Assembly: GCF_001194135.2 (NCBI RefSeq)
Contig: NC_068996.1
Span: 52,428,865 to 52,492,864 of the forward strand
Source of the DNA: Octopus bimaculoides
Taxonomy: Eukaryota
DNA: 64,000 bases
Reading direction: 5' to 3'
The position numbers and the translations under genes were made by a program. The notes beneath the pieces are model-generated. The model was not told where the DNA came from. It was given only the letters and a program-made list of their open reading frames with translations, and did not search any database. Numbering within the stretch: position 1 is the first letter of the stretch; the number at the start of each line of letters is the position of its first letter. This document shows, piece by piece, positions 13,183 through 26,239 of the stretch.

Positions 13183-14530
13183 GTATGTAAACATGACTTA
13201 AAATTTGTGAAGATTTATTTTTCTCACTTAACTCATTAGCATTTAAACCAACCATATCCAGCTCTAATATTCTGTTTTATGTTCAAATCATCCCTATCTG
13301 GCCTCTCACACCTACCCTTCAATATCATTCTAAAAATAAACAATCACTTCATCAAGATTTCAAAAGTACAAGATAATCTTTTCTACTTTAGACACAATGC
13401 CTGAAATTTTGTGGGAGGGGGCCAGTCAATTAGCTCTACCCTAGTACATAACTGGTACTTAATTTATCGACCCTGAAAGATGAAAGGCAAAGTCAACCTT
13501 GGCGGAATTTGAACTCAGAACATAACGGCAGACAAAATACTGCTAAGCTTTTCACCCTGCATGCTAACATTTCTGTCAGTTACTGCCTTGCTAAAAGATA
13601 ATATATAGGCACAGGGGTGGCTATGTAGTAAGTAGCTTGCTTACCAACCACATGGTTCCGGGTTCAGTCCCACTGCGTGGCACCTTGGGCAAGTGTCTTC
13701 TACTATAGCCTCGGGCCGACCAAAGCCTTGTGAGTGGATTTGGTAGACGGAAACTGAAAGAAGCCCATTGCATATATGTATATATATATATATATATGTA
13801 TGTGATGTGTGTGTGTATGTTTGTGTGTCTGTGTTTGTCCTCCTAGCATTGCTTGACAACCGATGCTGGAAAATCAAAATTAGTCTCAGTAGAATTTATA
13901 ATCAGTTCTGAATCAATTATTTCATTTCGTTACAACACTAAGTTACAGGACACAAATGCAGGCACTAGTTGTTTTTTTTTCTTGTTTTTCAAACACTGCT
14001 TATGCAAAGACAGACATTCATGTGCCAGCAAAGACAGTCTATGATACTCTACACAGAAAGGGTTGTCCTGATGGCACACCAAACCCAGAAAGTATTCTTA
14101 TCTTTAAAAATAAAGAATTGTAGTTAGTAGAACATTTCAATGAAAGCAGGAACTGAATATAAGCATAATAGGGTATATATTGTTATGACAGGGACCAAAA
14201 GTTGTTCACCATTGTAGAGATCAGTTGATCAGCTGACCAGCATCTGTGAATGTTTCATCAAGAGTAGGAAAAAAGGTGAACACTTATTCTTTTATTCTTT
14301 TATTTGTTTCAGTCATTTGACTGTGGCCATGCTGGAGCACCGCCTTTAGTCGAGCAAATCAACCCCAGGACTTATTCTTTGTAAATTTAGTACTCATTAT
14401 ATCGGTCTCTTTTACTGAACCACTAAGTTACGGGGACGTAAACACACCAGCATCAGTTGTCAAGCGATGTTGGGGGAGGACAAACACAGACACGCAAATA
14501 CACACATGCACACATGCACACACATACACC

Positions 14531-14569
<39 letters not shown>

Positions 14570-16716
14570 GACGGCCTTCTTTCAGTTTCCATTATATGTC
14601 TGTGCACACGTTTGAATGTGGTGTGTGCCAAAGGGTTTGCAAATCCAATGGGGGTCTTAAAAGACATGTTAGGATCCACAATGAGCAGAACTTACTTGCA
14701 GGTATTGGTAGTGCAAATCAGAGGTGCAATCTGTGTGGNNNNNNNNNNNNNNNNNNNNNNNNNNNNNNNNNNNNNNNNNNNNNNNNNNNNNNNNNNNNNN
14801 NNNNNNNNNNNNNNNNNNNNNNNNNNNNNNNNNNNNNNNNNNNNNNNNNNNNNNNNNNNNNNNNNNNNNNNNNNNNNNNNNNNNNNNNNNNNNNNNNNNN
14901 NNNNNNNNNNNNNNNNNNNNNNNNNNNNNNNNNNNNNNNNNNNNNNNNNNNNNNNNNNNNNNNNNNNNNNNNNNNNNNNNNNNNNNNNNNNNNNNNNNNN
15001 NNNNNNNNNNNNNNNNNNNNNNNNNNNNNNNNNNNNNNNNNNNNNNNNNNNNNNNNNNNNNNNNNNNNNNNNNNNNNNNNNNNNNNNNNNNNNNNNNNNN
15101 NNNNNNNNNNNNNNNNNNNNNNNNNNNNNNNNNNNNNNNNNNNNNNNNNNNNNNNNNNNNNNNNNNNTATGTATGTACATACAAACATACACACCACATG
15201 TGCATGTGCATGTGCATGCATACATACATACATATTATCATCATCATTATTTGCCATCCATGCAGACATGAGTTGAACAGTTTAACATACACATACGCAC
15301 CACACAAACACACATATATACATGTACATATGCACACATACATGTATGCTCATACACACCATATGTACATACATACATGCATACATACATATACATACAT
15401 ACAAACATACATGTATATACACACACACATTCACACCATACAATAACACATACATACCACACATACATACATGTCCATACACATACATGCATGCACACAC
15501 ACACACAAACACACACACACACACACAAACACACATACACATACACATATGTAATCAAAATTTAGCTTAAGTGATGATTACATTTAGATGCACAGCTGTT
15601 GATTCAAGAATTATTTCAATTAATTTCACTCATCATCATCGTCATCATCATCATCATCGTCATCATCATCATCTCCACTTGATGGTATTAAGGTAGATTA
15701 ATATCATCGTTGCCTAATAAGCCAATGAACGATGAAACCAGGAGTCGAAATGTGATGAACGACTAATCCAGCTTTTGGATAGAATTATTAAAATTTACAT
15801 TTTTATATAAACTTCTCTAATGTTCAAAATTACTTTACTCGATATTACATGTGCGTTTGTGTGTGTGTGTGTGTGTGTACGTATGTATTTATGTATATAT
15901 ACATATGTGTGTGAATGTGTGTGTTTATGTATATATACATATGTGTGTATGTATATATATATATATATATATATATTATCATCATTTATTGTCCATTTTC
16001 CATGCTGGCATGGGTTGGACGGTTTGACAGGGAACTAGTGAGTTGAAAGGCTGTGTTGTTGAGCTCCATTTTCTATGGCATGGTTTCTACAGCTGGATGC
16101 CCCTCCTAATGCCAACTACTTTACAGAGTATATTGGGTGCTTTTTCATGCCACTGGCACTAGTGAGGTTGCCATATAACTTGCAGGACTGAAAAGAGCTG
16201 AGAAAGAGAAGAACAAAAGGGAGCAAAAATTCTCACTTCTAGGAAGTATTTGGGAGTGTGTGTGTGTGTGCGCATGTATTTATGTAAATATATGCATGCA
16301 TACATATATATATGTGTCCTTGTGTGTGTATGCCCGTGACATGTGTAAGGATTTTCAAGCGAGTTCGTTGCCAATGCCCCTGGACTGGCTCTTGTGCGGG
16401 TGGCACATAAAAGACACCATTTTGAGCGTGGTCGTTGCCAGTACCCACCTAACTGGCCTTCGTGCCGGTGGCACATAAAAGCACCCACTACACTCTTGGA
16501 GTGGTTGGTGTTAGGAAGGGCATCCAGCTGTAGAAACTCTGCCAAATCAGATTGGAGCCTGGTGTAGCCATCTGGTTCACCAGTCCTCAGTCAAATCGTC
16601 CAACCCATGCTAGCATGGAAAGCGGACGTTAAACGATGATGATGATGATGTATGTATGTCTATATGTATGTATGTATGCATACACATTATATTTCAGTGT
16701 TAATGTTTCATTACAG

Positions 16717-16880
16717 GCTGCTATGATGGTTGCGTTTATGTATTACAAACAGCAACTGGTGACATAGTATGGACATTTTCAACAAGTGACATTGTGAAAA
16801 GTTCACCCGTTGTCGACCCTGTGACTTCTTATGTCTGGTTTGGTTCCCACGATAGAAATATATACTCTCTTGATATCCAG
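16717..16880 (+). CDS. AASDH: AASDH coding exon (GCYDGCVYVLQTATGDIVWTFSTSDIVKSSPVVDPVTSYVWFGSHDRNIYSLDIQ)
   Basis: ttcattacag|GC...CAG|gtaaac; 164 nt, phase 1 to 0. Contains the propeller blade motifs W-x-F, SSP and GSHD. Confidence 0.93.
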
Positions 16881-17085
16881 GTAAACAAAACTCCAGATGG
16901 ATTCTTTATTACTTAACACCATTATTTTACATATTGATACATCAATGCTGTTTCCATTGTGTGTATGCTTTTGCCTTGGGTGTTTCCTTGTTGTGTTGTG
17001 ATTGTCAAGAAGAGGAAAGCTTAGTGACAAAGAAGCAAACCACAGGTCTCATATCCTGAATACTCATTCTTTAATCAAATGTACA

Positions 17086-17505
17086 GGGTGCGATGGGTAA
17101 ATTGTCACCATTTTATATTTTTAATTTCGCACATGTGCATTGTTTTTGATTTTGTCAACTACACAGTATAGTAGGGTCTGTGGGGCACCATCTGTGAGAA
17201 AAACAGCACCATGATGCAATTCACTCCGCCACAGATTTGGAAATGACATGCTGTACTGCTTAGCTTGCACACCAGAAATTCCGATATGAATATTTCAGAG
17301 TGTTTTGGTGTCAATCTGAGGACAGTGCAGAGGATTCGGAAAGAGTTAGATGGGTTTAATGGTGTTTACGAAGGTACGGCAGCTCAGAAAACTCACTGTG
17401 ATCATTCTGCATGTACCGAGAGTGATAAAAATCAAACATCCAGTCAACACCATGGTGTTTGGAGTGATCACTAGTGATGGCAACATTATGCCTCCATCCA
17501 TCTTC
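17086..17505 (+). mobile_element. Internally deleted Tc1/maT-like transposon fragment
   Basis: Begins ta|cagggtg. Encodes HTH-like ISECFGVNLRTVQRIRKEL joined to KHPVNTMVFGVITSDGNIMPP. Confidence 0.6.
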
Positions 17506-17689
17506 ACCTTTACACCAAATAAACAGCAACGTGTTATATTAAAAGTGAGTGAAACAGGGTTGAATTAATGAGATACTGCTTGTAAAATTACAAAACCAGT
17601 TAATATAACCAAATACGCAACAAAAACCCCAACATTCCAAGTGTAAACATTTATATACAAACCATAATATAAACCACAACAAATGTATA

Positions 17690-18593
17690 TCGGGTTGTCC
17701 CATGAATAATGCGACTTATTTTTTTTATACTTTTATTTTTCAAAATTAAGATAAATAAACTTCTTTTTTAATCTAAAATGTACTTTCCTTCATTTTCTAC
17801 AATGTTCTTCCATCTATCTGGTGGACTTGCAAGGCTCCTCTTCCAAAATTCATTTGTCTGGGATGAAAAAATACTCCTCTACTACTGTTCTGACTTCGTC
17901 TACAGAATTCATATTTTCTCCGTCCAAATTATTTTGAAGACTGCGGATTAAATGATAATCAGATGGGGCAATGTCTGGTGAATATGGTGGGTGGGTTATC
18001 GTTTCCCCATTCAAGCTGCTCCAGTTTTTGGAATGTCATCCTCGCTGTATGTGGCTCATCATTATCCTGATGGAAGACCACCTTTCATCTTGAAACCAAA
18101 GATGGTCGTTTTCCTTCTAGCACTGACTTGAATGAATGATTGAATGGCCAAATCCAAGTTTCTCTGCTAGTTCCTCAACAATTATGATAGAATTTTGTTC
18201 CACCAGGGTCTGCAGGACCTTGTCGAGCTCTACAGATCTTCCAGGCTTGTCTTCTAGGCTGTAGTTTCTAGCTCGGAATTTCTGGAATCACCATTGACAC
18301 TGGCTTACACTTGTCTGATCCCCATATACTGTATCAATATTCTTCGCACTTTCCATTGTGTTGTTACCTTTATTGAACTCATAAAGCAAAATATGCCGAA
18401 TATGCCCCTTTGTCACTTCCATTATAGCTTTGAAAAATCGAACTGTACTCTTCAAAACTTACATTAAGAGTAAGAACAAGGTAAAATTACTACCTGCTTT
18501 CATGGCAAGTTGATGCAGGTAGTTTATCTTGTCTCCCTCTGGCTTTTAGTTCATGGAATTGAAAAAAACTGCATTATTTATGGGATGACCCAA
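17690..18593 (-). mobile_element. Defective mariner element with TIRs
   Basis: TIRs tcgggttgtcccatgaataatgc / gcattatttatgggatgacccaa, TA on the left. Minus strand from 18422 reads MEVTKGHIRHILLYEFNKGNNTMESAKNIDTVYG; stops and deletions follow. Confidence 0.85.
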
Positions 18594-21500
18594 CGTATAT
18601 AAACAAATAAAAAAAATAAAAGAAGCTTCATTTGCATGAATATACCAAAGTACTTAACCATAATTTACATCTCACAGAATATGAATTACAGAATCAAATG
18701 AATATTCAATACATGAAGTATAACATACAGCAAGAAAAACTCCGCCTCAAAAACTGAATAATTAAACATAACCTCAGTGCGGCAGAGTAGGATCCTCAAA
18801 CCAGTATGGTCTCAAGCTGAAATTCCTGGCCTCCACATCAGACCATGGTCGATGGTGAGAACATGCTGAGGCCCTTGTCCTGCAGTGGACAGAAAATAGG
18901 CAATCCTAGTCATTGGTATTTTACTGGTGTTTCTTGGATTCTCTCTCTCTCATATGTACATACATACACACTGAATCACATATATGAATTTAAGTGGTGT
19001 ATCTTTTATCTTTTATCTTTTGCTTCTTTCAGTCATTAGATTGTGGCCATGCTGGGGTACCACCTTGAAGAATATTTAGTCAAATGAATTGACCCCAGTA
19101 CTTACTGTTTTTAAAAACCTGGTACTTATTTCATCAGTCTCTTTTGCCAAACTGCTAAGCTATGGAGATGTGAACATGCCAACACTGGTTGTCAAGTAGT
19201 GGTGGGGAACAAACAAACACACACACACACACACAATGGGCTTCTTTCAGTTTCTTATTTCTTTATTGTCCCCAGGGGGCTAAACATAGAGGGGACAAAC
19301 AAGGACAGACAAAGAGATTAAGTCGATTACATCGACCCCAGTTTCTNNNNNNNNNNCCAGGGGGCTAAACATAGAGGGGACAAACAAGGACAGACAAAGA
19401 GATTAAGTCGATTACATCGACCCCAGTTTCTGTCTACCAAATCCACTCACAAAGGCTTTGGTCGGCCTGAGGCTATAGTAGAAGACACTTGCCCAAGATG
19501 CCACACAGTGGGACTGAATCCAGAACCATGGGGTTGGTAAGCAAACTTCTTATTTCTTTACTGCCCACAAGGGGCTACACAGAGAGGGGTCAAGCAAGGA
19601 CAGACAAACAGATTAAGTCAATTATATCGATCCCAGTGCGTAACTGGTACTTAATTTATCAACCCCAAAAGGATGAAAGGCAAAGTCAACCTCGGCGAAA
19701 TTTGAACTCAGAACGTAGTGGCAGATGAAATACCGCTAAGCATTTCGTCCAGCGTGCTAACGTTTCTGCCAGCTCGATGCCTTCTTACCACACAGCCATG
19801 CCTGCCCCTATATGTATGCATATATTTTTTTTATATCAGTTGTTTAGTCCCAGGAAAGTGTGAAGTTTATGACCATTACCATCTCTTGTCAGATTATATC
19901 TGTTGATAAGATAAAGGCTGTCACCTGACTGTGAATGGGTCATTGTCAATTAACCAAGCGGTGTCCCTTTTCTTTATTATTTCCTTTATTATTATGCAGT
20001 AAGTTCTAGATGCTGTAAGAAACGGTTTTCTATGATGGAAGTCTTACTCGTGGAAGGCCAGCAACAGATTGGGATTAAAGTATTTTCTGACCCTGAAATG
20101 GAATTCTGGTGTAATTCTTGACAATGTTATATGTGTGATAGGACAAACATGAGAGATCTTTTATCTTTTACTTGTTTCCATCATTAGACTGTGGCCATGC
20201 TGGGGCACCACCTTGAAGGGCTTTTAGTTAAATGAATCTTTTCAAGCCCAGTACTCATGTTATGTCTCTTTTGCTAAACCATTAAATTACAAGGATTTAA
20301 ACAAACCAACCACGGTTATCAAGCAATGACAGGGGACAAACACAAGTACAAAAACACACATATAAATGCATGCACACACACACACACACACACATACATA
20401 TACACACATACACGCATCCATATATATGATGGACCTCTTTCAGTTTCCATCTACCAAATCTACTCACAAAGCACTGGTCAGACCAGCGGTACAGTAGAAG
20501 ACACTTACCCAAGGTGCCATACAGTGGAACTGAACCTGGAATCATGTGGGTGGAAATAAACTTCTTACCACAGAGCCACACCTAGACCTACATGATAATC
20601 AGAGATTTTTAGCAAGTTGAAAATTTTTAGTTATTTGCTGTTTATTTGATGTAAAGGTGAAGAATTGCAAAACTTTCCTTCATACTGTATTTATCATGCC
20701 TTGGTATTGTTGATCAAGACTATTGGTTATTATATCCACATTGAGGATGTTTTGAAGGTGATAAGTCATAAAAACAGCATATGTCTGATGTGGATTTGTG
20801 GGCTGTGTTGATAAAGATGGTGTAGCATGTTAACTGGGACTGACAGTTGGTTATAATCTGCATAACTGTATGCACATATGATTAGGAATAATGGTGAGGA
20901 GGTTGGTACTGAACACGAGGAAGAGGAGAGGGTGGAAGATATGAGCTTTGGGTTCCAGAGTTAATAAAATGCAGATCAAAATAGCCATGTCAGCACATAC
21001 TACAATGGAGTTATCACATACGAAATTTTTCAAATTTCCAATGCAATATTCATGAGTTTTAGGAACCAGAAGAATATTACATAGTGCTGGTTCTAAAGAA
21101 ATGGTACTGTTGCCATTGAAAGACCCATATGATAATTGAGCTGTTTTGTTTAGGACTGTTTCACCTTTGGTAGCATAGTGAGTAATAAACACTATCATGA
21201 CCAGCTGTTGGTAGTTTTGTTGTTTTTTTTTCATTGGGGAAGGTAAACTTAGAAACAGAGATTTCAAGAGATGTTTGTTGAGTTTGCACTCCATAGAATT
21301 GGAAACAAAATAAACAGCAAATAGGATATTTCATCTGCAGGTTAGGCAATTTGTGGAAATGGTGGAAGTGGGTAGATTCTGTTATTTGAGAGGTCTGAGA
21401 GCTTACAGGTAATGTAATTCATGAAAACGTTCTTTACTGTTCTGATGAATATGATGGGTTGCAAAACAAGATGAAAATCTTTGTTATTAACAACGTAGTG

Positions 21501-22869
21501 GGAGAACTTAGTGATTGGGAAGGCAGATTCAGAATGAAGTTGGAATATACCTAAGAATAGACAGCTGAGAAAGAATAGAGTTATGGTATAAGGGATTTAG
21601 GACTTAAACGGAATAAGTGGCATTAGTTGCTTTGACTGTTATATGGCATTAGGTATTTGTTTAACCCTGTCAATACCAACCCAGCAGAAACCACCTCGGG
21701 CTCTGTAGTACAAATGCCTCATTTTCAAAAGTTCCAAATTAAACCAAACCTTAGTCACAATTTATATTCCTAACACTAGCTTAATGATAACTAAGATATT
21801 TTACTAAATTCTTTGTTATATTTAAAATTAATTGAAAGAAACACAGAGCATCTCAACAGAAATATGGTAACAAAAGGGTTAAAATATATAATAGAGAAAC
21901 AATTCTTAACCCTTTCATTACCAACCTGGCTGAAACTGCCTCTGGCTCTGTAGTACAAATGTCTTGTTTTCAAAATNNNNNNNNNNNNNNNNNNNNNNNN
22001 NNNNNNNNNNNNNNNNNNNNNAACCAAACCTTAGTCACAATTTATATTCCTAACACTAGCTTAATGATAACTAAGATATTTTACTAAATTCTTTGTTATA
22101 TTTAAAATTAATTGAAAGAAACACAGAGCATCTCAACAGAAATATGGTAACAAAAGGGTTAAAATATATAATAGAGAAACAATTCTTAACCCTTTCATTA
22201 CCAACCTGGCTGAAACTGCCTCTGGCTCTGTAGTACAAATGTCTTGTTTTCAAAATTGTTTGTTATATTCAAAATTAATTAAAAGAAATACAGAGCATCT
22301 CAACAGAAATATGGTAACGAAAAGGTTTTAAAGACTTAGTTTAAACTCCATGCCCATGACTTCATATGCCGATGGCGAAAAACTCTCAAGAAAGCTGAAC
22401 AGCAGAAAGTCTTCAGAGAAGAAACCCCACTCATGCCCTTAATTTCTCAAACTTTAAGGGGGCCAGGCTACATCCAGGTCATGACCCCTGGGTGCCCTTC
22501 TGCTGACACTTTTTAGCCACTTGGATATCAGAGATTCACACTTTTCACTTCAATATTCTCCAGTTTATTGTATAGGACACAGTTGGGTAGTCCGGGCATG
22601 TTGAATATTCTCCATTGTCCAGTCTGATTCTGTCTACTGCAGGTTCTGTGTTAGCAAAAGGTTGTGGTAGTTTCATTGAGGGACTGAAAGGTACAGATAT
22701 TAAGAATAGGAGTGGGAAAATTGTAAAACAGATTGTTTAAAACTTGTGTGTTTGTGTGCGTATGTATACATATGTGTGTGTTTGTGTATGTTTATAGAAC
22801 TTGAACTTATGTGAATAGATATTTTGTGCCTGTCCATATATATATATATATATATGTCATCATCATCAT

Positions 22870-22906
<37 letters not shown>

Positions 22907-22915
<9 letters not shown>

Positions 22916-23283
22916 TAAAGGATCATGGGTAAGGCCAAAACAATGCGAAGTAAATGGAAGGTAAATCACAAGAAAACAAATATGTGAATTAATGCAGACT
23001 TACCTTGTGTTCAATATTTCGGGGTTATGAACCCATTTTCAAGAAATTGACGAATGTTGCTGATGTCCATTTGTGTGAGTGTGTGTAAAGTGGCATGTCC
23101 ATTCCACACAAGCTCACACATGCACATCGACAACATTCGTCAATTTTTTGAAAATGGGGTCATAACCCTGAAATATTGAATACAAGGTAAGTCTACATTA
23201 ATTTACATATTTGTTTTCTTGTGATTTACCTTGCATTTACTTCGCATTGTTTTGGCCTTACCCATGATCCTTTATACAATATA
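22907..23283. repeat. Long near-perfect inverted repeat (hairpin) in AASDH intron
   Basis: Arms of ~170 bp (22911 ttgtttaaaggatcatgggtaagg... / ...ccttacccatgatcctttatacaa 23279), about 11 mismatches, loop ~20 nt. Confidence 0.95.
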
Positions 23284-23841
23284 TTCTATACAGTGCTTCA
23301 TACTAATTATTCCCTAAATATAATGTTGTTGTTTTTGTTATTATTAAACAACCTTAGTCTACTTTGATTGAACTGGTTAGTTGAATACTTGAAAATAGCC
23401 TTGATATGTCATGCTTCTGTCTGATCTGAAACGACACTGCATTGTGTGATGCTGGTGGGTCAGTATATATACATTGAAAAATCAGGACAGATATAACAAT
23501 GATATTTGCTCTACAAAATCATACCTTTCTATGTGTTGAATGTCATTATCAGAAACAGCATTCTTTGCTTATACCCTGACCTAAACAGCTACCAACATCC
23601 AACTCGATGAAGCAAAATAGATTTCATTTAATCTAATCATATTATATTGTGTATGATATTAAAAAGAAACATAATGCTACAATGTTGAGTGACTGAAAAT
23701 TAATTTCAAATGGGTAAAATTCATAAAAAAGTATGCCAGAGTGACTCTAAATAGAGCAAAATATTATTATGTAGGTCATTACATTTTTACAATTAACTGA
23801 CCAAATTGTTAACAGTTAGGAATGAGATATCAAAATAACCA

Positions 23842-24302
23842 CATGGTTGATAGTACAATATTACCATATTTACCTGGCTGATAGAACAGCTGTACTATGT
23901 CTATCTCGCTGATAGAACAGCTGCTTTATATTTCATCTGGTTGATGAACAACAACACCATATTGAGAGAACAGTACTATCATATTTACTGATAGAACAGC
24001 TATGCAATATTTATCTGGCTGATAGAACAACTGTTCTATATTTACCTGGCTGATAGAATAGCTGTACTATATTTTATCTGGTTGATAGAACAGTTGTGTT
24101 GTATGTATCTGCTATACTGTATGTGACTGATAGAATAGCTGTACTATATTTTAGCTGGTTGATAGAACAGCAGCACTAGATCTTTGTGACTGATAGAACA
24201 GTTCTGCTATATCTTATGTGATTGATGAACAACAGTACTAAACTGAAAGAACAGTACTATCATATTTATTTGGTTCATAAAATAACTGTACTATATTTTA
24301 AC
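23842..24302. repeat. ~31-bp minisatellite (ctggctgatagaacagctgtactatatttat), ~13 degenerate units
   Basis: The tgatagaac core recurs at 23879, 23910, 23942, 23989, 24020, 24051, 24083, 24127, 24160, 24191 and 24223. Confidence 0.85.
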
Positions 24303-24356
24303 ATCTACTGTTACAAAATTGTTTTCAAAACTTATATATTTTGTATTTAATTTTAG

Positions 24357-24482
24357 AAGAAAGTCTGCATTTTGAAACGAAACTTACAAAGTGGGGGTAT
24401 ATTTTCATCCCCAACTATTTCTCTTAATCCTCATATTGTATTCGTATCAACTCTGGATGGATGTCTTTTTGCCTTAAACCCA
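24357..24482 (+). CDS. AASDH: AASDH coding exon (KKVCILKRNLQSGGIFSSPTISLNPHIVFVSTLDGCLFALNP)
   Basis: aattttag|AAG...CCA|gtaagt; 126 nt, phase 0-0. Matches recalled RKKCVWK..GGTVFSSPCLNLIPHHLYFATLGGLLLAVNP. Confidence 0.92.
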
Positions 24483-24921
24483 GTAAGTATGTTTTATTTG
24501 ATTTCCCCGTTTACTATACTACTAAAAGAAAAAAAAAATTAGTGTTCAGCCATGCTTTATCACGATGATGATAAGAATGTCAGCTGATTTGAAGTATTGC
24601 TGTGATAGTTATTATATTATTGTACAGATTTCAAATTCAAGGCATTATACAGCTTGTTGCTATGCTTATGTAGGTCACTATAGGCTTAGAAATTATGAAA
24701 AGCAAAAAAATGTCCAGATTGGTTGCTCATTACAAATTCATTCAAATTTTCTAACTAAACTTGCAGAAATAGATTTTTAACTAAATAAAAACATTGTCTT
24801 TGAGATTTATATATACAAATATCATCATCATCATTTATTACCCGTTTTCCATGCAGGCATGGGTTGGATGGCTTGACAGGATCTGGCAAGCCAGAAGATT
24901 GTATGAAGTTCCACTGCTTAT

Positions 24922-24962
<41 letters not shown>

Positions 24963-25686
24963 AAAGCATCATTTAAATACTGAGATATTTGTTTTGCTAG
25001 TGTTATATTTCTTAAAATAGCACCTATTAATATTTTTGTAAATTTTTGTAACATGTTAATTAATTGTCTCTATTAGAGTATGAAGACAAATTGTAAAGTG
25101 GTAGGTATCAGTTATCTCAACCGGCACTTAGAATCTGTGTTGCTGTTGTAATAATATCAGAACACTTACTCAGCAGTAGCTGAATTCTTCATGTATCACA
25201 TGCTCATTGAGTTATTTCTCTTGCATTTGTTTAGACGTCTGTGTGTCTCTGTGTTACATAATAATCCTACTTTATGACATGCTTTCTCTTATTCATATGC
25301 ATTTACATCATCATTAAAAAAATGTGTGTACTCTGATTTGTACCATCAAATTCTTGGTTGTGGTGGAGATGTTAGACATGTAAACAAAAATAAGAAACAA
25401 AATAAAAAAAACAATTTTAATATAGACCTCATACAGTAGCTACTTATGATAACAACTATGTAATTGTATATAGGCATACCTACACAGGTGCAACCACTGG
25501 CTAAGTGATATCAAACGAATTACCAGGTGTGATTTGTGTATGTGATAATACACTGATGAATGGGCTGGATAAATAAATTAATGAAATTATTATGTATCTC
25601 CTCTATAATATGACACCTCTTCTTGTCCCTGTATAATTCTTTATCCTGTCAGTACCTGGTATAAAACCGTCCCCTTCCTTACACCC

Positions 25687-25724
<38 letters not shown>

Positions 25725-26107
25725 TGCACTTAGTTTTGGGGGCTTTTATCTCTCCTGTTCTTTTTCTGTCTTGCAACTTACTCCAGCAACCTCACTAGTG
25801 CTTGTGGCACAACAAAAATAATAATGCACCCAATACACTCTCTAAGGTGGTAAGCATTAGGAAAGGCATCCATCCATTCACCAATAGTCTGCCAAAGCAA
25901 ATTATTGGTGCATGAAGCAGTTCTGCGGCTTAGCAGAGCCTGTCAAACTGTCCAACCCATATCAGCATGGAAAACGGATGTTAAATGGTGATGAAGGTGA
26001 TGATGATGACAATGAAAGCAACAACAACAACAACAATGATGAATTTAGATTACAGATACAGAACAATATATAAATGATTTAATTTCATTGCATTTTCTCT
26101 CTTTTAG

Positions 26108-26239
26108 TTTGATGGTGCCATCCAATGGCAATACACCTTCCACAAACCTCTCTTTACTTCCCCATGTCTAACCAGCAAAGGAGTCTTGATTGGCTGTGTT
26201 AATGAAAGTTTATATCACATAAATAACGAAGGCTCTTTG
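26108..26239 (+). CDS. AASDH: AASDH coding exon (FDGAIQWQYTFHKPLFTSPCLTSKGVLIGCVNESLYHINNEGSL)
   Basis: ctctcttttag|TTT...TTG|gtaagg; 132 nt, phase 0-0. KPLFTSP and IGCV blade motifs. Confidence 0.92.

Noticed and set aside
19268-19430. Identical ~75-bp duplication either side of a 10-N gap
   Set aside because: Most likely a scaffolding artefact.
20590-21650. Minus ORF 20851-21294 with faint Penelope-RT-like hints (NLKNF..NSIVVCAD, IITNCQS)
   Set aside because: Motifs are too degenerate to call without an HMM search; no splice context linking it to a gene.
21740-22256. Identical ~235-bp direct duplication (21740-21976 vs 22022-22256)
   Set aside because: The copies flank an N gap and are identical, the typical signature of an unmerged contig overlap.
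23842-24302. CRISPR-like ~31-bp periodicity
   Set aside because: The units are contiguous and degenerate with no unique spacers, there are no cas genes, and the context is eukaryotic intron.
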